Assembly (NCBI GenBank): GCA_000165425.1
Contig: CT868474.1
Location: 62,001 to 126,000 of the forward strand
Direction: 5' to 3'
Source: Paramecium tetraurelia
Taxonomy: Eukaryota
Length of the DNA stretch: 64,000 nt
Shown here: in pieces, positions 1-13,468 of the stretch
How the letters are laid out: the number at the start of each line of letters is the position of its first letter
How positions within the stretch are numbered: the first letter of the stretch is position 1
The notes under the pieces: model-generated
Seen by the model: only the letters and a program-made list of their open reading frames with translations
What the model was told of the DNA's origin: nothing
Database searches by the model: none
Position numbers and translations under genes: made by a program

Positions 1-176
1 GTGAAAGTACAAATTCAGAAGAAATTGGAAGAAAGCCAAACAACAAAGAAGATGATTTGAACATGATTTAATCAGTAAGTTTTAATTTAATCTATTAGAA
101 ACAACCATGTAAATTATCTACAGATGTTGTTGTGTAATCAAAAGTTTAAAATGTCAGAACTCCTATTTAAGGTTGA
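1..176 (+). CDS. 3' end of an unidentified gene (partial)
   Basis: Frame 3 is open under the ciliate code (ESTNSEEIGRKPNNKEDD...RTPIQG) up to TGA at 174-176, followed by an AT-rich spacer. Confidence 0.5.
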
Positions 177-238
177 ATATTAACATCACTTTAATGTTAA
201 TATTGACTATTTATTTATAAATATAATATAAATCAAAA

Positions 239-1904
239 TCAAAGATCTAATTTGTCACTAGTTTGTGATTAATACATCATCTATTGTGGTTATTGCTATT
301 ATTGCTAGTAGCAAGTTACATGATAGTTGTAACCAGGGAAATACTATTGATTGGTAGTAAAGTTATTATTTAAATGGGTTGGTAAGTTCAAAAATGATCG
401 GGTTGGTTGAAGCTAATTAAAATTCATTTGATTATTCATGGGCAAACATTAATAATAATAGGAGTTCAAACTTTAATGTTCAGAGAAACCATCTAAATTA
501 TTGTTCTACTGATTTTATTACTAACCAAGTTCAAGATTTGCGTTTAGAGCAATGTTGTTTGAATAATTCAGATTACTAATTGGAGGTTGAGCCCCTAAAA
601 AGCTGGATAAGTTGATAAGAGCGTTGTTATTAATCTGATGTTAAGATTTAATATAATTGTTAAATTACTCCTAATTTAAAAAGTATACATATCCTTTTTC
701 TTTGTTAACTAAACAGAAACTTAATTAACTCTAATCCTCATTTTAATTATATTCCATAATTTACAATGAAATGCAATTAGCAGTATTGTTTGTTGGTTGG
801 TTTAAACTAGAAGGAGTAAAATTCTCAATGTTTATATTGATATTATTGAAATTATTGACATTTTAAATTCTATTGTTGTTTTGATTCTCTTGCTATTATT
901 ATCTAGTTTTTAATTCACGCCTATCCAGTTATACCTTTTTGGAGACTTAATCCTAATGTTCTTACTTGATTTCATAGGAAGAACCATCTTATTTCATTCT
1001 CCATTCTATCTTTTTGATTATGGCTTGGATTTGTTTAATCTCATCCTGACTTAACTCTTCAGCTGATGGATCAGATATATATGAATCATGATCCTCATTA
1101 TCACTTTCATTTTAGGATTATGGGACATTTTTGCCGCTTTTTTCCTTTCTCATTAAACAATTAAATCTATTTTTCACATTGTTTTCACTGCGCTATAATT
1201 TCAACTTTTTAGAAATTAATGCCCACTTTTTTCCATTTTAAATGGCCAATCTCATGAGCTCCAAATCTTCTAATTATTACCACGGATTTCTTATTTATAA
1301 GGAAACAGTTACCTATTAATCGATGGGTTTAAGTGATTATTCCACCTCTCTCGACATTACTTTCCATTTCTGTGAACATTTAGACCTGTTGTTTTATTGA
1401 GTTCAGTTGCAATTTGACTCCATTTATTTCCTCTGTTCTGAGCCTAAAACTCACTTATTATACGAACTAAGGCTTCATCCTCATTTTGTCCCCACGGAGC
1501 TTATTGAAGAGGCAATTTCAACATCTATAGCCACTTTTGCTTACATTAGAACGAGTCTCTTCGCAACATCATCGATGATATATTCTACCAGTCCTCCTCA
1601 CACTAAAGAAAATAATTGTTGAAAACTTTACAATTAGTTTGAAATCTCTTTTATGATAGGACATGTACTTTCCGATAATCCATATTAAGATTCTTTTGTC
1701 TTCATCAGACCAGTTCTTTTTTAATTTTTTGGTTCCTGACTGAATGCTGAGTTAGTTATTCCTTTAAAAGTTATAAACCTCTTGGTTGTCAGGAAATTGC
1801 TCAATTCCAAGATTATATAATTCCTTCATGTATGCAAATCTAACATTTGTGATGTCCTTAACCTTATCGTAAAACTCCTTAAATTAAACAAAGAAATCTT
1901 CCAT
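239..1904 (-). CDS. Myb-repeat DNA-binding protein with Gln-rich C-terminus
   Basis: Translated motifs KNWSDEDKRILIWII, APWGQNEDEAL, KWSQIA, RNGKQCRERWNNHLNP, GKKWALISK and RSENNVKNRFN; short introns; poly-Q tail encoded by TAA/TAG/CAA. Confidence 0.9.
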
Positions 1905-2154
1905 TTTTAATATTTATGGAATTATAAAATTAAACAAATTATACTTCTCAATCCAGGCTTATAAATTGCATTCTTAATGAAGTAGCAATTTGTCCTATTA
2001 CATTTTGGAAAATTTATGAAGAAAACTGGAGGAAACACTTTTATATTGGGTAATAATATTAAAAAATTGTAGTAAACATTATTTGATATTTATATTAATT
2101 AGTAATTTTATAAATAGTTTAAGTGTTGAAATAATTATCAAATACAATAAACAA

Positions 2155-3271
2155 ATGTTTAGTCCAAACATATTTACTAATCTAGTAAAATAATAAAATT
2201 AAAATTGTTATAATGTGTTATACCAGTTTAACTGACTATGTCTAATTTAAGGGATGGAAAACATATACTGGATTCACTTGAAACTTTATATATCATTAGT
2301 TTGATATCGGTGATCCAAATAGCAACTATAATATAATTCCTATAGTGGCAAACAAAGATAATGAAACTATTTAAACGGTATTCATTTTAAATGAAGATTT
2401 TTTCTAATTCTAATATTTAGGATTTCAGTTAGATCCAAATCATTTTAAAGTAACATTGCAGTTCTATAATAGCTTTTGGTTATAGAGTAATCAAAAGAAG
2501 AAACTATTTCTCGAATACTGCATTTTTGTTATTATGATGAAAATCTTAAATTAGGAGAATGTAAATAATTTGCTTCTTTGTCCTAATACTTAACCAGAAA
2601 TACGATTCAAACTCTAAGATTTCAACTCTTGATAAAGTTTTAAGAATATAATTTTAGTACTCGAAAAATAGAAGAAGTCTCAAAATGAGAAAGTAATTGA
2701 CACACCTAAAAATTTATCAAATAAAACTTTCAAATAAAATTCATTATTTGAGTAAGATAATATCCTAAGTGGCTTAGAAAGTTTTATTAGATTTAAATTT
2801 CTGATAACTATCTAGCCTTGATGTTTGCAAGTGTTATCAACTATAGATAATAAGGAATCTGCAGAAGATATTATATTAACTGAAGAATAAATAGAAAATT
2901 AAGAAAATATAATTACTATTATTATTGTTAGCTAAGCCATGATTACCCAATTAGTGATTGCAAACATGATATTACTCAGTATTTAATTATTTAGCTTCAA
3001 GATATAGTGCTAATCCAGATATTATAAAACTATCAAAGAATGAAGAAGAAATATGAATAATATGTCTACTTAATAAGATATGCTGAATTAAGAATTAATC
3101 TATTTTAATTGATGGTTAAGGATGCCATAAATATAATAAGAAGGAAAAAATAGAATGGCTTTGATGTAAAATGAAGATCATTTGGCAGTGATCAAATATT
3201 AAAATTCACTTTTAAAACCTATTAGAATAGTTCATCAATTCATTTTTTAAAGAAATGAGCTTGCTAATTGA
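2155..3271 (+). pseudogene. degenerate hypothetical gene, probable pseudogene
   Basis: Coding-like composition and one plausible intron near 2378-2420, but every frame I tried hits a TGA (e.g. 2686) with no tiny intron to rescue it. Confidence 0.35.
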
Positions 3272-3415
3272 GAGATGAATTTATTCTATTTTACAATTAT
3301 CTGCAATTTTATAAATTCAACATTTCCTCAAATAATTCTATTGTTATTCTACCTATAATTAAATTTACATAATTCCATAATTTTGATATATTTACTTTTT
3401 TATTATAACAATCAT

Positions 3416-4346
3416 TCAATCTACAAATCGCTAAATTTATAGATCATTTTTTGTAATTTTTATTATTTGCGCTCCTTTCTTGATTTATTCTTCCTGAAAT
3501 TCTTTTATTTATCAGTTTTTTCATGGATTCTGGCATAATTGGTTTTCTTGGCAATATTTTGTTTAGATTTCATAATTTTTGCCTTTAATGAATCTTGCTC
3601 AAAGATTTGGGTATTTAAAAAGTGATTTATTTTTCCTTTATAAAATGTGGTTTTCTCCATAATTTCCTATAGAATTTCTTATTGCCTTTATTGTTGCATT
3701 CAATAATAAAATTTATCATGGATAAGAAGGTTTATTTTAAATGAATATATATATAAATTAATGGAAAATCAATGAAATATTTGGTTTCTCAGAAATAAAT
3801 TGGATTTAAATTATGTTTTTAAAGTTGAGCATTTTATTTTTCAATGGTTTTTTTTAAGGTGGATATTTCTTCTTTGTATTCTTATTCCTTTAATTCCCAT
3901 TTTTTAGTAGCAGCTTGATAGTTGCTCATCATCTTTTTAGTTCTCTCAACAACTTTTTGCAATTGCTATTATAGTTTTTAATTTGTTCCGTTCTCTTGGA
4001 ATGGATTAAGATGGTTGGATTGCTGTAATATTTTAAAGCTGCTGTTAGAATTCCCTTTTACATTTTTCATGCCTTAATTCGGACTAGCACTGCTTGCCAA
4101 ACTAATAGTTGTCGATTAACTAGATTATTTTTGTTTGTTAGGCTTTATCGACACTTCGATTTAAGCATTTTCAGTTTTGCATCTAGTATTAAATATGCTC
4201 TATCTCTTCTCATTACTATGTGAGCTGTTATTAAAAAATTCATGAAAACTATTTAAATTTGAATAGTTTAATATTGTGGGCTAACTATTTTAAATTCTAT
4301 GTTTGGATAATTTCACTTTTGGGGTTCTTATTTAAACAGTTATCAT
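3416..4346 (-). CDS. hypothetical basic/low-complexity protein
   Basis: ATG at 4346 (MITVQIRTPKVKLSKHR...); frame open where checked; ends ...RFVD-TGA. Confidence 0.6.
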
Positions 4347-4841
4347 AATATCAATAATTAATATTATCTTAACTAATAGTTTATTTATGATTATGGAATG
4401 TAAATTATTTATGTGTACAAGTAGCTAAAAGCCTTACAGTCAATAATTCTACAAAGATAGGAGGTTATTTGAAGAGTCTAGTAAAATATTTTTTTAGTAA
4501 GGAAGTATTTTTTCAGTATGGTTTCAATATAAAAATAAAATATGTATTATTAAAAGAGGGAGATGGACATAAAATCGCATGAATGACTTTATTACAAATT
4601 TTATGATTGTTCTGGAAAATGCATTATTTCAATATTATTTTAATAATAAATGAATTTATGAGATTAAATAATTAGTTGAATATAATTTATGACTAATTTA
4701 TTCTATATTCAAACTGTTATTTTTATTTTATTCAAGATTAATAGTAAATTCCTATTAACTTGAATAAGTCATAATCTTGATCTGCGTTTATTTACTTAAT
4801 TGTAATTATTCTAATATTTATGTATTTTTTTAATAATATAT

Positions 4842-6551
4842 ATGATTGACCAGAAAAATACTAAAATATAAAATGATCACATTCTGGTTGGTAGTTGCGA
4901 AATGGAAGATTTAACAAGTAACACAATAGATGATAACCACTAGTCTATCCGTATGAATTAGTTAATAGGGAGTTTTTTGGATTTATAGAGAAAACATCTT
5001 TTGTAAAGGAGAACTTTGAGCTGTTGTCGAAAGTAGGTTAAAATTTAAGATTGAATTATAAAGATTGGCCGACAGTTGATTAAGCAATCTTACTGTTTTA
5101 AAAGAATATGTATCAGTTTTGTTGAATTTTCAAGCTAAAATGCTAAAAGAAAATCAATCAAGTGGAGCGATTTCGAGAAAAAACTCTTTTATTGGATAGT
5201 CATGCGCTATTATATCTATAAAGGAATTAAGGATAATAAACAATTAGTATATAATATCATAAAGTTGTTAAAAGGCTACTAACGAATGGAGAGAGATATC
5301 AAAAATGACTTTAGGAAGAAATGCTCATTAATGTCGATTGAAATGGGAACAAAAATATAAAATTCCTTTATCTGAGGCACCTTGGACTGAACAAGAAGAC
5401 AATTTACTCTTCCAAGTGCATGAGTATAGGCATTTCTAAATATTAGAGAATTTAAAAAAACTGGAAAGGAAAACAAGTGGTCTTAAATTTCAAGAGAAAT
5501 ATACAAAAGATCCAACAATAAAATATTCAGATAACCCAAATAATGTCGAGAAAGATGGATTAATCGTCTAGATCCAAATATTTCTAAGTATTGAAATGAT
5601 AATAATAGTGATCCATGGGATAAGTAATAAGAAATTGATTTGTTGAAGACTATATTAATGAGAGGTAAGAAATGGTCAGAACTATCAACCCTTTATGGCA
5701 GGGTTAGAACTGAGAATTCATTAAAAAATAAATACAATTCGCTTCTAAAGAAAGAAAAATTGAAATATGAATTTGAAACGATAAATCCTCATTTATTTGA
5801 GAAAGTGTAAAAACTGCGAAAGGACTATGCTAAGCGATATGGGAACATCACTCCAATTGAAGAAATCGATAACTATGAATGGCAGTTTATAGTTTTAGCA
5901 ATTTAAGGCTTATACATTGAGTAGTGCATACAGGAAGGGAGGATTGAAGAGGCTTAAAAAATCAATAATGATGACTTTTTTAATCTATTTCATGAAGATC
6001 CTTTAATTAAAACATCCAAGGCTATACTATACAAAAAGGAACTAACTATTAAATAGGTAGATCCAAATATAATTCTTAATAATGAAAAGTGTGGAGTCGT
6101 TATTTTTAATCATAAAAATAACAAATTATATTTAACACCTTATAATGTGATTGATTTCCAAAACATTGTCCTAAATCAAATTAAAAAGAAGGTTAAAATA
6201 GAAGATAATGCCACAACTTCATCCACTTAATCTGATCCAAATTAGACCTATCTAAGAACATCCATAGGAACGTAATCGATCTAATAATTTTTATACCTTA
6301 CTAACCAACCTAATTATTATGTTCCTTTAAATTAGAGTATATTCAATAGCTATTGGCTTCCACCGGTTTTTCCATAATAAATTGTATCTTCTTAAATTTA
6401 AAATAATAATTTTATTAGAAATTAAACATAATTTTAAGAAGAAAAACAACAACATTAAAACCTCAAACAAAATAACTAAGATAATTTAAATGATATTTTT
6501 GAATAAATTGGAGTGGATATTAAAATCGTTAATTCTGATGATGAAAAATGA
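4842..6551 (+). CDS. Myb-repeat DNA-binding protein
   Basis: IKWSDFEKKLFYWIV, APWTEQEDNLL, KWSQISREI, RQPKQCRERWINRLDP, GKKWSEL and RTENSLKNKYN; introns at 4918-4943 and 5110-5134 restore the frame. Confidence 0.9.
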
Positions 6552-6825
6552 CATATATATTAGTGTTAAATATTTTTAAACTATTTAATTAAATCAATAA
6601 TTTAAAGTACTTTAAGTAATTATTATTATTAAAAATATAATATTCACAGAAATTACTTCTAAAGATCATGTTATCAAATAGTAAAAGATATCCTTGAGAT
6701 TCGTTATTATGAATAGATCCTTTGTTTATTAAAATTGAAATTATATATTGTTGGTGGATGTATAATTATAACTGGCTTCGAAAATTTATATATATTTATA
6801 TAAATTTAATAAACTAAATTAAAAT

Positions 6826-9174
6826 TCATGCAGATTTTCTCTTCTAATCGTTATCTGTTTGAGTTTTCATTTAATTCAACATGTAGAACCTTTAATCTTG
6901 TTGATTCATTTAATTTTCGCTCTCAAAAGTATTCAATCTTTTGTTTTTTTATTTTTATGTACTTTGATATTCCATTTAATTATTTCTAGTACCGCCAGTG
7001 CTTTCCTGGAAATTGGCTTCATTACTATTATAATAAAATTGTTTTAATATAATTTCTTTCGGAAAATTTTCAGAGATATTCTACTAAAGAGGTTTGATAA
7101 ATGCTAAGAATTCTGCCTCACCTTGACCAAATTCTTATTCATCGAAATTGAACGAATAGTGATCAGGTTTAAAAGGGGGTTCAATCTTTCTTTATAAAAT
7201 ATCTTTATATAAATTTTTATCTCCCCATTAGATCATCCATGGGTGTTTTAATAAAGTATCAATTGAATCAATTCTATTTTTCGGGTTTTTAGCTAATAAA
7301 TTATTCAATAAATCCTTAATTGAAGAGGACATTTATAATTATGGAGGAAAATTTAACTTTTAATTTAGTATTCTCGTGTATATTTCTTCTGTATTTCTTG
7401 AATAATAGGGGGGTAAACCAGTTACAAGTTCATACAGTAATGCTCCTAAACAATACAAATCCAATTGAAAAGTGTGTCCAGACTTTAATAGCATCTCAGG
7501 TGCCATGTATTCAGGGGATCCACAAAATGAATATCCAATGTCTTATTCTGTCATATTAGGCTTCGATAACCCAAAATCAGCTATTCTAACATGACCATCA
7601 AAGTCAATCAAAATATTTTCTGGTTTGATATCTCTATAAATAATGTTATTCTCATGTAGGTTTTTCATACCTAAACAAATTTCAGAGAAGTAAAAAAATG
7701 CTTCCTCCTCTTTCATCCTTTTAACCTAATATATATTTTATGACATTACTTTTCTCAACAGATAAAACAACTCGCCTCCAGAACAGTATTCTAAGACAAA
7801 AACTAGATATTTTCTAGATTCAAAAGCATATTGCATCTTCACTATAAAAGGATGATTAAGAATAGACATGATATCTCTCTCATTTTAGATAATACTTTAT
7901 TTATTTTATTAGATTATGGGACTCTTTTCTATCAATTTCATTGCATAATATTATCCTGATTTTCTTTCCCTTACCATATAAACTTTAGAGAATCCTCCCA
8001 TTCCTATGCATCTGATAAATTCAAAGTCTTTTAAACTGACTCTAGGAGTCTTGATTTCATTCTCTAAAGCAAAGACTGGTTCAATGATTAACGGTTGAAG
8101 ATGGCTAGAATTCAAAAGAGATAATGGTCTCTCTACTTTTGATAGGATATAATCGACGGGTATTGAAATATTACAAGTTATAATCCCAATAACTGTAGGT
8201 AAGGTTGTTCCGAAGTTTTTAGAAATAATTTGTTTCACTAAATCTACCAAATATTGTATTGAATTCGATTGGATATCTATGGTGATTTTCTCTTTAAGAG
8301 ATTTACATAATAATATGATGTTTATTGTGTCTTATAATTACTTTCTATTAAATAAATAAATTCTTTACCTGGTTGTAATTGGTTTATTTGGAGTAAATTC
8401 AATAATTGGTTAAGAGGCTGAATGAGTTTTTAATTTTTAACTCTCTAATTGTTTTGTGCTACTTGATTTATAGGAGTTTTGTTGCAGAAATAGTTAGGAT
8501 TGGTGTTTTGCACTTGAAACTCCTAAAGATTTTTGAAAATTAATTCTCTAAAGCGATTCCTCTTATTGTCTTTACTTCATTTCTTGAATGGCTAAGTCGG
8601 CTTTCTGTTTTAATGTGAGTTCTGTTTTATTAGTAGCAGATTAAGGTTGAGTCAAGACAATCTCAGATGATTTTGGTATTGCAGAAGAGATGAGAGATAA
8701 TTATTTGTAATCTTCTTATGTTTTATCAATTTTTGTGATGGATGATTATGAGTTTTAATGAGAGTGAGGTTGAGTTTTGATATGATTTCCTCCTTATCTG
8801 ATGACTGTTTTTTAGGGGACTAGCTTTTTCTCTTGACTAACAAATTTTGGTGACATAAAATCTTTTGATTTGAGCAAATCCGATTATTATATTTTTCTTT
8901 ATGTTTACCTCAGATTATTAAATAAATTGGTACTATTATTGTGTTATTCTCAAATTATTTTGAGAACCATTCTATTTTAACAATGGACTTTGTTGATGAA
9001 TTAACTATTTGTTAGGCTGAAATCAATTAATTATTTTACTTTGAAATCCATTTGTAGTGTTGGTGAATTGGAGAATCTTGCTTAAATTTATTCTCTATTA
9101 GATAGATAACTCATCAAGGCCATAGGTGAGATTTCTGAGGACTAAGTTTTATGATGTTATCTTTTTGGTGGCAT
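6826..9174 (-). CDS. AGC-family Ser/Thr protein kinase with long low-complexity N-terminus
   Basis: FEFIRCIGMGGFSKVYMV, YAMKLI, IYRDIKPENIL, DFGLSK, FCGSPEYMAPE and an AGC-type C-tail (IEPPFKP). Confidence 0.92.
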
Positions 9175-9335
9175 ACAAATTAAATTTATAAATAAAAATC
9201 AAATGTTAAATTTGTTTTTAGTTTAGAAGTTTTGAGTTGAAATTCAAGTAGGTGCTTTGAGGAGTATCAAAAAATGTGAGTAAGATTCCTTTTATTCAAT
9301 ATTCTATAATCAATAATATAATAATTTTTAAATTG

Positions 9336-10238
9336 TCATTATTTAGTTTTTACAGGACTTTAATTATCGATTAAGTGCATTAATTCTTTGATTTCTGTTT
9401 AAAATTCTTTACTAACACTTTTTTAAAACCTCTTTCCATTAGTCTAAGTATTAATTCTAGGTTTGAATGTACAATCAACCATTTCTTTTTCTTTTTATTT
9501 TTTCTATTGGTTATCCCTCTTATTTTTAAGTTTTTGTTTCCATTCTTCATTTCGCTCTGCAATAGCAGTAGGTCTAGCAGTCTAAGCTCTATTTGTAGAT
9601 TAAGCAATGTCCATTTAATTTTATTCCTATTCCTTTTGTGGTTCCTTAATTTGAAGCTTAGAGTAACAACTTTATCTTTCTTTTTATTGCACATATTAGG
9701 AGTTGCTTTTGGGTTTGATTTGAGGGGATGAACTATTGATTGTTTTGTTCTTTAAGGAATTTTGATGTTACTTTTTAGTCGGAGAAATGCCTTAAGTATA
9801 TTATTTCTAAGATTTTCGAGATTATTAGCTTTTAATTGGAGTTTGCATTAATTATTAATTGGGATTGATAGATTTAGGTCTTACAGAGATAAGCTATTCA
9901 GAAACATGTTAATTTTGGGATTATAATGTTGGTTCGATACATTTAGGTTTAATGATGTCCGGACTCAAACTTTTTCTATCTGTTTACTTTCTAAAGGAGT
10001 CGCTGCTTTTCAAGTATTCATCATAGAATTTGATCTTCTATTAAACACTTCTTTGGATATCTCTGATGATGCAAGAGGATTATTTAGCTGTAATTTTAGC
10101 ATTAAACAATGATTCACTCAATTGGATAGTCTCTTTGTCAACCTTGGTATGAGAGACAACTTTCATTGCATAATCTTGTTCATGTATTCTTTTTTTCTAT
10201 TTCTGAGTAAAAAAGAATGTTTCATGATTATCATTCAT
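9336..10238 (-). CDS. hypothetical coiled-coil protein with CTFKP-type motif
   Basis: Open frame from MNDNHETFFF; charged coiled-coil; KEMVDCTFKPRIN motif near the C-terminus. Confidence 0.65.
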
Positions 10239-10365
10239 TTGTAAATTAGATTGTTTTACTTGATAAAAATAAAATTAATTTTATTATGGTTTATTTTGTA
10301 AATCATCTAGACAGTTTACATTAAGAATGAGAAAGTGTCAATATATTAGATGATAAAAATGAAAC

Positions 10366-13010
10366 TCAAACTTTGATCTCTTTTCTTTTTTCTGGTTCAT
10401 ACTCCTCCTCCAAAGATTCAAGTAGTTAATACAAAATTGAACTTAAATATGAATTTTAGAAACCCTAATAATGAAATATAAATTGTACTTCAGAGGTTAA
10501 ATTCGGTTTGATGAATTTGCAGAGATTTAAATATCCGCTATATTCTTATTCTCTTGGAAATACTCCCAAAGATCGTTTGTATCTATTTATCAATCTACCT
10601 TAGTAATATAAAAATATCCCTAAATTGTTTTGAGGTAATCTACAAATTCCATAAGACTCTGTGCATTCATTCAATTTATTGGATAGTTTGCTATTTCCCA
10701 ACATAACTTTGAATTTATTTTCCATCTTATTTTTAATGGATGAGGCAACTTGCAGTTGATCATTAACAGAGACTTTAAAAGGAAGTTAATCTAAGGAATA
10801 GAATTTGATATATTCCTTTAACGAGTAATCGGGATATTTAATGGCTTCATCCTTTTTGAGATCAAAGGCTGAATATGTATTAGAGATGATGTCATCATTA
10901 TAAATGCTCAATTCAAATACTTTCTAATGAGAATGTATTTTAGCAAGATCAAAGATAAAAATCTTGGTATAATTGTAGTTGCAATTAAATATGAAATCTT
11001 CTTCAATTAAAAGATGAGTGACAGCATTTAATAAGTGATATTTACTTTAAGGTGAATCTACTTTTCTCTCTTTCTCACTACTAATAGTCAGAGTGTAATT
11101 GTAGAATGTCAAGGATTCATCACTAGGATTCTTGAGGTTATTCATTGAAATGAAACAGACATAATAATTATTCTATGATTTATGACAAATTAAGACACTA
11201 TCCCCTAAACGAAGAGATGCAATCTTAAAATTCAAGGCATATTACTTTTTATTGAATTATTATTATTCTTCTTAAATCAAGCCTTCTCCTCCATTCCTAG
11301 TAATTTGTTCATAATCTTATTTGTTTAAACATATCTTCTTCTTTGGAATATCAAAATTTAATAAAAAGTCACTTAAATCTTCTAAATCTTTAGTCTCCTT
11401 CTCAAATAAAATTATTAATGGAATTTTCTCTTAGAGATCGCTATTTGTATATTGAGATTTCTTCCTTCTTAGACGTTAGGCATATTCGATTTTCAACTCA
11501 GATGCTTCTGATAATTTGGCATTGTCTAAGAACAACCCAAAACATGACATAGGCGATTAAACTAGTTTTGAAATTCTAATTTTAAATCTCATTAATAAAT
11601 TACTCATCAATGAAGGTCAAAGATAGTTTTGGTTAACGAATAGAATTATTCTCTGCCACCTTATTAAAAGAGATCTCCTCCTCTTATTAATTCCCATAAA
11701 TCAATTAACAATACTTACAAACATTCTTCATCTCATCCCTTGAAAACTTTTATAAGTGATTTTCACTATCTTTCAAGTGTAATACCATAATGTCTTCCAG
11801 AACTTCACCCATACTTCTCAACCCTCCAAATACAATCAATTGATCCTTAAAAACAATACAACTATGTGAAAATCTTGGTTAAAATATGGGAGTCTTGGAT
11901 CTTGGTACCAATTTGCTCCAAGTCTAACACTTTAATTAACAAATGCTACCTTCATGACTGTTTCAAATATCCAAATATCATTCTTAGGATATATAGGCTT
12001 TTCTTCCTCATCCCCATTCTAAAAATTATCCTCTTCGTCCTGTTCTAACGCATCATCCTCATTGTCCTTCAATTAATCATACGAGTATCTAGTTAAATAT
12101 TTCAAACGATTTACCCTTCCCCTCCTATTACAAAAAGAAATCTATCAGCATAAGCCACTGCAGAATGAGAAGCACGAGGGGTTGGCTACTAAGATCCATT
12201 TGGCTTGATCTTCTCAATTTTAATAACAATATTGGTCTCACCATTTTACTTTTTGTCCTCCAAGGAATCTTATTGATCAAATCTTTGTTGCAAATCATTG
12301 ATGTTCTCGAAATCCAACTTATACAAATCCTTATAAAATAATAATTGCTTTTATGACATTTAACCTTGACCCCCAAAAATGTAAACGCTCTCTCCGATCT
12401 TATTTGCAGTATGACTCTCTAATTTAATCATCTCATCTCCAGTGAAATTTGTGATTTATTAAAATCTATTAGTTTTTACATCATATAGCCAATGTGAATC
12501 TGTCATAGTGTTCTGGACCTAGTCCCAACCTCCATATATGTAGATTAATCTCTATGATAATGCTATCATTGAATGTCCTTCTCTGGCTTGCATATCTTTT
12601 GGCACTTAAATTTCAGTCCACTCCGATGTCTCAATGTCAAAGCTCCAAAAATCACCCATTATGTAATCATTACTAGACCCTCCAAAAAAGTAAAGCTTAT
12701 TTTGAAGACAAACGGAACAATGAGAATCTCTACCAGCTGGATGTTTAGCAGATGGACTAGTCAATCTTTCCCATTAAAACGTTAAGCAATCCATTCTATA
12801 GATTTATTCCCATTATTTGGCATTGTCTGATTTGCCACACCCACTGAAAACATACATGTATTTGTCATGCAATACAGCAGTATGACCCCATCTCTTACAA
12901 GGATAATTCGGGCTCTTTCTTTTATTTACACTTGAGTTTTTAGACATCCATTATGCATTTCTAAAGATTTTTGTTGGGATTGTAGTAATCTCCTATTGAA
13001 CTTAATTCAT
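10366..13010 (-). CDS. Kelch-repeat protein (possible C-terminal BTB-like region)
   Basis: Repeated kelch motifs such as CKRWGHTAVLHDKYMYVFSGCG, YVMGDFGAL.LRHRSG, PEGHSMIA..IYIYGGWD and LIVFGG; C-terminal half not confidently assigned. Confidence 0.8.
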
Positions 13011-13468
13011 ATGCAATTATAATTTAATAAATGTTCACAATCACAAATTAAATTAAATATTCGTTTTCCCCTCTCAGATCTACGCATAAGTACATCAACA
13101 ATAAATTAAGACATAATAATAAAACCAATCTATCATATATTCCAATTTAGTCCCCTTAATTCATGAACAAAAAGATTACTCAATAATAGATGCTTAACTT
13201 AAAAAATTCAGATATTCATGTAATAATATTTTGAAATAAAGGGTTTTAAATAGTTGGATGTAGAATAAAATGGAAAGTTTTCCCGATTATTATTAGCCCC
13301 TATAAAATTGGCTAATTAATTAGATGAAAATTAGATATTTTTATGTTATAATATTTAAATTAATATTACAAAATTTCTTAATTATTTGATTTGAGAATAT
13401 TCTCTATCTTTAATATAATATCGCAATATTCATTGTCCAAAATATTCAATATAATATATTCAATTTAA

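Noticed and set aside
280..620. TTG/CTA/TTA trinucleotide-like repeats
   Set aside because: They are poly-Gln coding sequence (CAA/TAG/TAA) in the Myb tail, not a satellite or CRISPR array.
4918..5140. Apparent frameshifts in the 5' part of the second Myb gene
   Set aside because: Explained by ordinary 26-nt and 25-nt introns.
13020..13460. AT-rich spacer with GGGTTTT and CCCC words as possible telomere or breakage signal
   Set aside because: Isolated words only; no tandem G3-4T2-3 repeats.
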